A DNA stretch of 64,000 nucleotides from contig NW_027361714.1 of NCBI RefSeq assembly GCF_039654945.1, positions 15,066,001 through 15,130,000 of the forward strand. The letters run 5' to 3'. The DNA is from Dendrobates tinctorius. Lineage: Eukaryota. The position numbers and the translations under genes were made by a program. Below are positions 10,265-22,102 of the stretch, piece by piece; the first letter of the stretch is position 1, and every line of letters starts with the position of its first letter. Under the pieces are notes generated by a model. The model saw only the letters and a program-made list of their open reading frames with translations, was not told the origin of the DNA and did no database searches.

Positions 10265-13200
10265 TTTTGTTTTCACAGCTCAACGTTATAAACTTCTGTA
10301 AAGCACCTCAGGCTTCAAGGTGCTCACCACACACCTAAATTCATTCCTTGATGGGTCTAGTCTTCCATATGGGGTCTCTTGTGGGGGATTTCTATTGTTT
10401 AGGCACATCAGGGGCTCTCCAAACAGGGACATGACATCCGCTAATGATTCCAGGAAGTTTTATATTCATAAAGTCAAATGTTGCTCCTTCCCTTCCGAGC
10501 CCTGTCGTGCTCCCAAACAGTAGTTTCTCCTACGCCTCATTGGGGGACACAGACATTGGTTGTTATGCTGCTTGCCAGTAGGAGGACACTAAGTGAATGT
10601 AGAAAAAAAGTAACTCCTCCCCTGCAGTATACACCCTGTCGCTGGCTGGGAATTCCCCAGTTCATACTTAGTGTCTGTAGGAGGCACTTGGGTCTGGCTT
10701 CAGACCCCACCGTTTTTATTTTCATTTTTGAATTTTCTGTAAATTTTTACTTTTTAATTAACGGAGTGAAGGGGGCGACGGTTCCTTTCAACGGCACGCT
10801 CTCTCCCGAACCAACAACAGGCGAGCACGTGGAGTATATCTCCCCGTACACTTTCCCGCGACGACTGGGGCATACCTGATTCTTCTGGGCGATGGTTCCT
10901 TTACGGTCCTGGTCTCACTGCACGGATATGAGGGCAAGCGCACAGAGCACACAGCGTACAGGAAGAAGACTTTGGAAGCGCTTTCGGATGCCATGAATCA
11001 CCCCCATGGCCTCTCCATCCCCCTGCCTCTTGGACAGCGCAGTCGGCGCGAGCACCGGATTGGAGGTATGGGGTCGGGTCCTGGTCCCTGGGAGAAGCGC
11101 TGACTTAGTCTCAGCAGCGCTATACCGGCGCTCCGGCGCGGCCCTCCGCTCCCCCCACCGCTCACCGCGGGTAGGCCCAAAAATTTAGTCCCAAAAATTT
11201 AGTCCCCAGCTTTTTGGCCTACTAGGCCGCAATTTACATAGCGCCGCCACCCACGTCTTTGGCGCTTCTCGCTCTGTACGAGAGGCGCCCTGCTAGTCTC
11301 GGGGGCCATGTCCTTAACCCCTTCTCTGCACCTTGCCTGCAGCTGCAGCCCAGGCTCTGCTTGTAACCCTTTCAGGGGCACTATGTCTCAATCTAAAGAG
11401 ACAAAATGGGGGCTACTAAGAAGCACACTGCGTTCTTTACTGCTTGTACCACCTGCAACACTGCCTTGCCCAGTGCTCAGACTAATCCGCTATGCACGGA
11501 TTGCGACCTGGCTTGTGCTAAAACGCCAGCCGCCGCCGCTGCAAGGTGCTCCTTGCGTTTAGTCCATCTAAGTGGGCTGCCTCCTTGTCACGGTCTGTGG
11601 AGTCACTGACCAAGGCTATAGACTCCCTCCGGGAATCCTCTTTAAGTCAGAACGCGTCTTTATCGCCCGAGGAGGGCTTTGGCGACGGCCAGGAACCGTC
11701 TACCAGCAGGGGCTGTGCTCGTTCAAGGGATCCTCAGGTCTCTAGAAAGCGGACCCATGACGTGTCCCCTAATCACGCTCGCGCGTCAGCATCGGCGAGT
11801 TCTGTCTCTCGCTCTCCCTCTCCTAATGTTCGCAGAGGAACATGACTCTGAATTCGCGTCTGACATGTCAGTCCCTCAGAATTCCCCAAATGTCCATGAG
11901 TCGCTTGGTTCTCTTACAGAGTCAGTCAACAAGTTTCTGACGTTGGACGAGGAAAATATTCTCGCTCCGGAACACGTTATCTCCTTTAAGGAGTCAAGAC
12001 GCGTACGCAGGGTATTTGCCAGCCATCCGGAGTTTAAGGACAGAGCAATAGGAACCGACCACATAAACGGTTCACAGGGTAAAAGCCTATCGAGGCTAAA
12101 TACCCCTTTACTCCAGATCTAATGAAGGATTGGTTACAGTCCCCCTCGGTGGATCCTCCTGTATCGTGTTTTGCTTCTAAAACGCTTTGATCCGTTTTTG
12201 AGGGCTCTTCAGTCAGAAACCCCTCCGATCGTCAAATTGGCTACCTCGCGCGTTCAGTTTTTGGAGCTTCAGGAGCGGCACTATTCCCATCTTTCGCTGT
12301 GACTTGAGTAGCTAAGGAAATGGCCACTTGGGCAGAAGTCTTAGTTACTGCCTTCCAATGTAGCAATCTTCCTCCGAAGACAACCAGTGTCGCCAAGAAA
12401 ATTCACGCAGGGGACTTTTGTAGTGGACGCCTCTTTAGATGCCGCTAATTGCGCTGCTCAGGCAGCCGCTAATGCAGTCTCCATTAGAAGATCCCTATGG
12501 CTACGCAACTGGCGGGCAGATTCCACCTCCAAGAGATCAATGACTTCTCTTCCCTATCAAACTGGTTGCCTATTTGGAGAAAAACTAGACCAGCTCATTT
12601 CTGACACTTCAGGGGGAAAGAGTAAGTTTCTTCCCCAACAAAGGGCTGTCTGGCCGTCTTTTTCAGAATCAACAGCCGACTCTTTTTTTCGACCTTTTCG
12701 CAACAGCTCCAGCTGGTCCTCCACAACCTTCTCTTCTGGATCAGTTCGGTCCATGCGTGGAGACAGAGGTTCCCAGGTCTCTTACAGACCTAACCGATCT
12801 TGGAAACCAAGGCCAAGAGCAGCTGGATCTAGTGGAGCCGATCCCATAGATCCTCTACTCAATGACTTGTGGTATCCGGTAGACTCCGACAAAGTAGGCG
12901 GCCGTTTGCTGTCATTCAGTCACAGCCTTCCTTCGGGCCGCTCATGCGCCGCAAAGGGACAGAGTCATCCTTCCGGTCTCTCAAGACGAATGGTTCAGCG
13001 GTTTTTATTCAAACCTTTTTGTGGATCTAAAGAAGGAAGGAATGATGCGGCCCATACTGGACATCAAGCTGTTAAATCAGTTTGTCAAGGTACGGCGATT
13101 CCGAATGGAATTTCTCCGATCGGTTGTCTCCTCCATGTAAAAAAGAGAGTCCTTAGCATCCGTCGGTGTCAAGGATGCTTACCTTCACATCCCGATTTGC

Positions 13201-14848
13201 CCGTCTCACAAGCAGTTCCCGTGTTTTGCAATTCGAGAGGAACACTTCCAGTTTGTTGCCTTTGCTCTTTGGACTTGCCACCGCCCCCAGGGTCTTTACC
13301 AAGGTTATGGCGACAGTAATGGCCATTCTTCACGCTCGGGGACTGGTGGTATTGCTGTATCTGGACGACCTGCTGATCAAGGTTTCGTCCCTTCCAGCCT
13401 GCAAGGGATCCGTGGAAATCACAGTGCATACACTTTCTTACACTTCGGAAAGTCTTCCCCCAACACCGTTCCAGCAGATTTCCTTTTTGGAAATGATCTT
13501 TGACACTTCCCGCGGGTTGGTCATTCTCCCTCCAGAAAAGGCCCGAGCCTTACAACAGGCAGCGCGGACTCTTTCCCGAACGGTTTCAGACTCACGTTTC
13601 AGCATGATAGTTCTCGGAAGGATGGTGGCAGCGATGGGAGCGGTCCCATTTGCACAGTTCCTTCTGTCCCTGCGAGTCAGACAAACCCTCAAGTGGTGGA
13701 CACTGAAACCCTCCCTGAATCAAGGGAAGTCCTTTCTCCCAGTACGATAGTCGGTGGTGACCACCGACGCCAGTCTTCTGGTCTGGTGTGCGTTTTTTTT
13801 TTCATCACCACACGGCACAGGGTCGTTGGTTAATTCGAGAGTCACGTCTCCCGATCAACATCTTGGATATTCGAGCGATCAGATTAACCCTACTGAGTTT
13901 CCACAATCTCTCCTCGCAGGTCACCTCATCAGGATCCAATCCGACAACGCCACGGCTGTGGCGTAGATCAACCGTCAGGGGGGTACTCGGAGCAGGATGG
14001 CCATGCACGAAGTGAGTCACATCCTCCATTGGGCCGAGACCAACCATTCACCCATCTCAGTAATCCACACCAGGGGTGTAGACAATTGGGCGGTGGATTT
14101 TCTCTGTTGCCAAGGCCTTGCCACAGGAGAGTGGTCTCTTCATCCGGAAGTTTTTTCAGCAGATTTGCCATTGCCGGGCGACTCCGGATGTGGATCTTAT
14201 GGCCTCAAGACTAATCAACATGGTTCCTCGATTCATTGCCCGACCGCGTGGTCCATGCACCATCGGAGCGGACGCCCTAGTTCTGCCGTGGCACCGCTTC
14301 CATCTCCCGTGCATTTTTCCCCTCTTCCTTTGCTCTGATTTTCTTGATGAACCTCGGGAGCAAGGGAAGTACCAGTGAACCTAGTCGTGCCATATTGGTC
14401 GCACCGGCCATGGTACGCAGAACTAGTCGCCAACGTTCTCTGGTGACTTCCAGATCGCATGGATCTACTCACAGGGCCCGATTTACCACCAGAACTCCGG
14501 TGGCCCTGTCTTTGTTTGCGTGGCCGTTGAATCCTGGTTGTTAGCACAGGCTAAATTTTTTTTTTTCTAGCGACGGGATCTCCACTATGCTAGGAAGCTC
14601 GTGTCCATACGCATTTATCACCGCACCTGGAAAACCACCTTCTCGTGGTGCAAGGACTATGGTTGATCCCCTCTGGTGTTTTCCATATTGGAATTCCTGC
14701 AATCCGGATTAAGGTCAGGCCTCGCGCTTAGCTCACTCAAAGGCCAGATTTTCAGCCTTGTTGGTTCTATTCCAACGCAAATTGCCACCAACCTACAGTT
14801 GTAGCCGTTCATTCAGGGAGTTTCCCATGTGGCGCCTCCCTATATAAA

Positions 14849-15108
14849 TAATAATGATCTTTATTTTTATATAGCGCTAACATATTCCGCAGCGCTTTAC
14901 AGTTTGCACACATCATCATCACTGTCCCCGACGGGGCTCACAATCTCTAAATTCCCTGTCTGTATATCTTTGGAATGTGGGAGGAAACCCACGCAAACAC
15001 AAAGAGAACATACAAACTCCTTGCAGATGTTGTCCTTGGTGGGATTCGAACCCAGGACTCCCAGCGCTGCAAGGCTGCAGTGCTAACCACTGAGCCACCG
15101 TGCTGCCC
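14849..15108 (-). mobile_element. tRNA-derived V-SINE
   Basis: Minus strand has A box TGGCTCAGTGG, B box GGTTCGAATCC, V-domain-like GGAGTTTGTATGTTCTC...GCGTGGGTTTCCTCC and an ATT-repeat tail. TSD (CCC)TATATAAA at 14838-14848 and 15106-15116. Confidence 0.85.
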
Positions 15109-17693
15109 TATATAAAGGGCCATTGGAATCATGGGACCTTAACTTGGCTCTCGGAGCCTTACAGGAGGCTCCTTTCGAACCACTGCAGGATGTACCACTA
15201 GCTATTCTCTCTTCGAAGGTGTGTTTTTTTTTTTTGTGGCAATTACATCAAACAGCTGAGATTCGGAATTGGCGACCCTATCCTGCCGTCCTCCGTTCCT
15301 AAATTTTCATCAGGACAAGGCAGTTCTCAGGACGTCCCCGTCTTTCCTGCACAAGGTTGTCTTCCTTTCATCTCAATGAGGAAATTGTTTTGCCTTCCTT
15401 TTGTCCGGCACCAGTCCATTGCATTGAGAGGGCCCCCCACACCCTGGAATGTGGTTAGGGCTCTGAGACGGTGCATCTCGCGGACGGGCCCCTTCCACAA
15501 GTCATATGCCCTGTTCGTACTTCCACAAGGGCATAGGAAGGGTCTAGTCGCTTCAAAAGCCACGCTAGCCAGGTCGATTCGCTTAGCTATTCAGGAAACC
15601 TATCGTGTCAGGGACACACCTGTCCCAGCAGGGATTAACCCCTTCACTACCAAGGGTGGTTTGCACGTTAACTCCCGGGCCAATTTTTACAATTCTGACC
15701 ACTTTCTCTTTATGAGGTCATAACTCTGGAACGCTTCCATGGATCCCGGTGATTCTGACACTGTTTTCTCATGACATATTGTACTTCATGTTAGTGGTAA
15801 AATTGCATTCAAATAACTTGCGTTTATTTGTGAAAAAAGCGGAAATTTGGCGAAAATCACAATTTTCCAAATTTGAATTTTTATGCCCTTAAATCACAGT
15901 GATACGGCTCACAAAAAACTTAATAAATAACATTTCCCACATGTTTACTTTTACATCAGCACAATTTTGGAACCAAAATTTTTTTTTTTGTTAGGAAGTT
16001 ATAAGGGTTAAAAATTGACCAGCGATTTTCTCATTTTTGCAGTACCATTTTATTTTTAGGGACCACATCACATTTGAAACCACTTTGAGGGGTCTGTATG
16101 ATAGAAAATACCCAAAAGTGACACCATTCTAAAAACTGCACCCCTTAAGGTGCTTAAAACCACATTCAAGAAGTTTATTAACCCTTTAGGTGCGTCACAG
16201 GAATTTTTTGAATATTTAAAAAAAAAAATGAACATTTAACTTTTTTTCACAAAAAAAATACTTCAGGTTCAATTTTCTTTATTTTGCCAAGGGTAGAAAT
16301 TGGGCTGCAAAAGTTATTATGCAATTTGTCCTGAGTACGCTGATACCTGATATGTGGGAGGGAACCACTGTTTCGGCGCATGGCAGACCTCAGTAGGGAA
16401 GGAGCGCCGTTTGACTTTTTCAATGCAAAATTGGCTGGAATTCAGATCGGACGCCATGTCGCATTTGGAGAGCCACTGATGTAACTAAACAGTGGAAACC
16501 CCCCCAAGTGACCCCATTTTGGAAACTAGACCCCCCAAGGAACTTATCTAGATATGTGGTGAGAACTTTGAACCCACAAGGGCTTCACAGAAGTTTATAA
16601 CGTACAGCGGTACAATTAAAAAATCATATTTTTTCCACAAAAACGATCTTTTCACCCTCAATTCTTATTTTTCCAAGAGTAACAGGACCCTAAAAGATAT
16701 TGTGCAATTTATCCTAAGTGCGCTGATACCCCACATGTGGGGGTAAACCACTATTTGGGCGCATGGCAGAGCTCGGAAGGGAAGCAGCACCATTTGACGT
16801 TTTTGGCTGGAATTGAGATCGGACACCATGTCGCGTTTGGAAAGCCCCTGATGTGCCAAAACAGTAGAACCCCCCCACAAATGACACCATTTTGGTAACT
16901 AGACCCCCCAAGGAACTTATCTAGATGTGTGGTGAGCACTTTGAGCCCCCCAGTGCTTCACAGAAGTTTATAACGCCCGGGCGTGAAAATAAAAAAATCG
17001 TATTTTTTTCCACAAACATCTTTTAGTCCCCATTTTTTTTATTTTCCCAAGGGTAACAGGAGAAATTGGACCCCAAAAGTTGTTGTCCAATTTGTCCTGA
17101 GTACGCTGATACCTCATATGTGGGAGAAAACTACTGTATGGGCACACGTCGGGGCTCGGAAGGGAAGTAGTGACATTTTGGAATGCAGACTTTGATGGAT
17201 TGGTCTGCGGGTGTCATGTGCGTTTGGAGAGCCCCTGATGTACCCAAACTATTGAAACTCCCCACAAGTGACCCCATTTTGGAAACTAGACCCCCCCCCC
17301 ACGGAACTTATCTAGATGTGTGGTGAGCACTTTGAACCCCCAAGTGCTTCACAGAAGTTTATAACGCCTGGGCGTGAAAATAAAAAAATATTTTTTTTCC
17401 GCAAAAATGATATTTTTGCCCCCAATTTTTTATTTTCCTAAGGGTAACAGGAGAAATTGGACCCCAAAAGTTGTTTTGTAATTTGTCCTGAGTAGGCTGA
17501 TACCCCATATGTGGGGGTAAAACACTGTTTTGGCGCATGGCAGAGCTTGGAAGGGAAGGATCGCCATTTGACTTTTTCAACGCAGAATTGGCTGGAATTG
17601 AGATCAGACGCCATGTTGCCTTTGGAGAGCACCTGATGTGCCCAAACAGTGGAAACCCCCCAATTATAACTCCAACCCTAGCCCTAACCCTAA

Positions 17694-18058
17694 GGCTGTG
17701 TGCACACGCTGCGGATTAGGTGCGGATTCTGTAAAATCCGCAGATGAAACTACAGGTCAAAAGACCTGCGGTTTTACCATCGGATTGCTCTGCGGTTTTG
17801 CCCTGCGGTTTTTCATCTCCTCAATGGAGGAGATGGCAAACCTCAGCAGAATCCGCAGAAAGAATTGACATGTCAATTCTTTCTGCGGGTTGAAAACCGC
17901 AGATAATCCGCGCGGAAAATTCCGCACCGTTTGCATTGCGGTTTTTGATTCCCATAGGGAATCATGGTACTGTACAACGCAGCAAAAACTGCTGCGGGTC
18001 CGCAGCGGCCAAAACCGCTGCGGAAACGTAGCAAAATCCGCAGTGTGTGCACACAGCC
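17694..18058. mobile_element. Harbinger-type MITE inserted into CCCTAA-like repeats
   Basis: TIR GGCTGTGTGCACAC; 3-bp flanks TAA and TGA. Confidence 0.7.
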
Positions 18059-21000
18059 TGACCCTAGCCCTAACCCTAATGGGAAAATGGAAATAAATAC
18101 ATTTTCTTTTAGTTTTATTATTTTTCCCTAACTAAGGGGGTGATAACGGGGGGTTTGATTTACTATTTATGGCGGGTTTTTAAGTTTGGCAGCTGTCAGA
18201 TGCTAAAAGACGCTTTTTATTGTAAAAATAGTTTTTGCATCACCACATATTGTGAGCTATAATTTTTCCGTATTTTGACCCACCGAGTCATGTGAGGTCT
18301 TATTTTTTTGCTGGACGAGTTGACGTTTTCATTGGTACCATTTTGGGGCACGTGACATTTTTTGATCGCTTTTTATTCCGATTTTTGGGACGCAGAATGA
18401 ACAAAAACCAGCGTTTCATGAATTTCTTTTGGGGGGTGCGTTTACACCGTTCCTCGTGCGGTAAAATTGATAAAGCGTTTTTATTCTTCGGGTCAGTACG
18501 GTTACAGCAATACCTCATTTAGGTCTTTTTTTATGTTTTGTCGGTTTTTTGCAATGAAAACAATTTTATATAAATTATTTTTGTATCGCTTTATTCTGCG
18601 AGCTATAAGTTTTTTTATTTTTTTGCGGATGACGCTGTATGGCGGCTCTTTTTTTGCAAGACAAGATGACGTTTTCAGCGGTACCATGGATATTTATATG
18701 CCTCTTTTTGATCGCGCGTTATTGCACTTTTTGTTCGGTGGTATGATAATAAATCATTATTTCTCGTTTGCCTTATTGGGGGACACAGAGACCATGGGTG
18801 TATGCTTTGCTGCCACTAGGAGGCTGACACTATGCACAAAAAAAAGTTAGCTCCTCCTCCACAGTATACACCCCACCGACCGGCACCAATTTCCTCAGTT
18901 TAGCTTAGTGTCAGTAGGAGGTGGACACGGGTCTTTCATTAGACCCATATCTACCTCGTCGTGCGTCGTTCCTTTACAGGTTCTACGGAGGGATACAGAG
19001 TGAACAGTCACATCTGTACTCCCACATGGAGTCTGCGAGTACGGCGTGTACTGCCACCCCGTATCCTTGCAGTTCTCCGCGGCAGGACCAGCCAGACGGA
19101 CGCCGACACCAAGACGTGCCAGCGACTCCAGGGGTCCTTGTCGCCAGTCTCCCTCCCACTCGCCTACCAGAGCCTGTCGGTTGGATGATACGCAGGACTT
19201 CTTCAAACCCAGGTAACGGATCGGGGATGGGTGAGTATAAATTTTTTTTTTTTTTTAATTTTTATTACCTGGCCGCTCATTCCCGGCGGACAGGGGGCCT
19301 CTTCAATGGCACAGGGATGCGGGCGCTGCGGTCGCTCGCAGTCGCCCTACATCTATAGGCACACCATGCTCTTTGCTGGCCCCGCATTCCCCCCTTCTCC
19401 TCCCCCTTTCTGGGGACAGGGAGCACAGGGCCTTTTTCCTTTCCTCCCCTTGAGAGCGGCTTGCGGCTGCGGCGTCCCCTTCTTCCGACCTCCGCGCCGA
19501 CCCCCTGCAGACAGGCGGCCGCCGCAACTAATTTAGGCCCCGGCTTCAGTTCGGGCCTGCCGCTGCGTCGCGGCCACGCCCCTTTCTTCTAAGCGGGCTT
19601 CTCTCCCGCTCTTCCCAGGCCCTCCAGGCGGTGGCCTGTCCTTCACCTGCCCAGCCTGCTATTGGCTAGAGGCCGGTGAATTTTAACCCTGCGATGTGCT
19701 CCGCCCTCCCTCCTCTCCTGGACGCGCGCTCTTTCTCAGGCAGGCGCCATTTTACCAGCCTGTTAGCCGGACACCAGCTCGTTCCCGGATCATCTTCTGC
19801 CAGCTCTTTTTTTCCGTTCAGGAGGTCTATCTGCCGGATTTCGCTCTGACCTGCATCCACTGACAGGTCGCAGAGCATCGCTTCTGGGGACACCGGACCG
19901 TGAGTAGCTCTGCACTGCAGACTGACCCTTCTCCGCCCTCTGTCCCCCAACCTTCCGGCATTACCTCAGCTTTTCACTATGTCTACCTCTAAGTCTGATC
20001 GTACCCGCTTTACTGCCCCCCCCCCTGCACTTTAGTCAAGTTCTTTGCATGTTCTTCGTGCAATCGCAAACTTCCCTCAGGCCAGTCCACTCCCCTCTGC
20101 CTGGATTGTAGCAACCCAATTCAGCCTGACGCTGTCCAGGAGCCATCTACGGCTCCAGGTGAGAGTGAACCCCCCATGCCTGGCTGGGCCTCCTCGCTAT
20201 CTCAATCAGTGGCAGACCTCACCAAGGTGTCTCAGTCCCTGGTGGCCGTTCTTGATAAGTTACCCCTGGACTCTTCAGCAGGGCCAAGCAGGTCCCAAAT
20301 TGTTCCATCTGAGTCAGCCAGCGTTAGACGCAAAAGACCCAGGCAAGATGCCCAGCCGGATTCCTCTCCTAGTCCCATCTCACCGCGTAGCCCTTCTCAG
20401 CAGCCTCCCTCTCGGGCCTCCTCTCCCGAGTCAGGTGAAGCGCTTTCGGACAGGTCATCTGAGGGGATTTTAGAGCTGGATTCAGACCAGGATGCAAACA
20501 TGAAGGTCACAGTGCAGCGATCCATCATACTTTCGATATTGCTGACTCCCCTGCGAAATCCTCAGATCAGGAGGTTTCGTTCAGACGGGCAGAAACTCCC
20601 TCCAGGGTTTTTCCTTTCCATTCCGAGTTTGGGAAGATTTTTACCAAGGAAAGAGAGGATCCGACCAGACGCTTTCAAAGAGGAAAACGTCTAGGCGTAC
20701 TCTACCCATTTGCTAAGGAGCTCACAGACAACTGGTCGGCCTCTCCCTCGGTGGATCCGCCCGTGTCCAGGCTTTCCAATAACACGGTTCTTGCGCTTTC
20801 AGGCGTGGCGTCCCTAAAGGATTCTAATGACAGGATTATAGAATCCCTGGCGAAGTCTGCCTTTGAAGCGGCTTCAGCGGCTGTGTGCCCAATCTTTGCT
20901 TCATCCTGGGTAGCAAAGGCCATAGCCACATGGGCAGACGACCTTCGTCAAGGCGTCTTGGATAAGGCGCAACCGGAGCGTTTGGCCGATCTCGCCAATC

Positions 21001-22102
21001 AGATCTCCCATGCTGGGGACTATCTTCTTTCCGCTTCCTTGGATGCCGCATCCTGTGCAGTTCAGGCGTCAAGCAACGTAGTTGCAATTCGACGTACAGT
21101 TTGGCTGAAGGCCTGGCAAGCGGACTTGTCTTCTAAAAAGTCCCTCACTAACCTGGCTTTTCAGGGGGTGCGCCTCTTTGGGTCCCAATTGGACCAGATT
21201 ATTAAGGACGCCACCGGAGGCACGAGTTCACTCCTCCCTCAGTCCAATCCTCGCAGACCTCCTCTAAGGCGTCAGTTTCGACCCTTTCGGACTTTCCGCC
21301 GTTTCAATACGGCGGACAACTCCAGCCAACAGAGACCGCAGGCTCGCCAGGAGAGAGAGAAAGTTTCCTTCAGACCCACTCCTTCCTGGCGATCCCACTC
21401 TTCCCAGGGCAGACCGTCCAGATCTGGACGGTCTACTTCAGCATGACTATCGTTGGACACGCGAGGGGCCTTTCCAATTGGGAGGCCGACTTCCTTCCTT
21501 CAGGGACGTTTGGCTGGCCTCCGTAGAGGACGCTTGGGTCAGGGAGGTCGTATCCTCAGGATACAAGATACAGTTCGTCTCTCTCCCACGGGATCGTTTC
21601 TTCTAATCCCGGCCTCCAAAGGATCCAGCCTTGATCCCGAGGTTCTCTACGGCTATCGCCTCTCTCCTCAGACAGCACCACTACCAGTTCGTCTCACTGC
21701 CCTTCGGTCTTGCCACCGCTCCCAGACTCTTCACGAAGATCGTGGCTGCGTTGGTGGCTTTGTTGAGAGTCAGAGGTCTCGTTCTTTTCCCGTACCTAGA
21801 CGATATTCTGATCAGGGCTCCCTCATTTCAGCAGGCTCACCAAAGTTTGTCAATCGTCCTGGACACTCTTTCCGATTTCGGGTGGATCGTCAACATGAAA
21901 AAGTCCTGTCTGGTTCCTACCCAACGCCTGGTCTTTCTAGGCCTTCTGTTTGACACTCGTCGGTCAAGGGTCTTTCTCCCACAAGAGAAGATTCTCTCTC
22001 TGCAGCAGGAAGTACGATCGCTGCAGATCTCACGATTCCCGTCCCTCCGTGCAGCCAGGAGGGTCCCGGGAAAGATGGTGGCGGCGATAGAGGCAGTTCC
22101 CT

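Noticed and set aside
17675-18080. Interstitial telomere
   Set aside because: Only a few degenerate CCCTAA units, internal to a TTAA element and split by a MITE.
21443-21530. ATGA stop/start overlap as a reinitiation signal for pol
   Set aside because: That ATG opens the third frame, which closes after about 27 codons; copy A has GTGA there.
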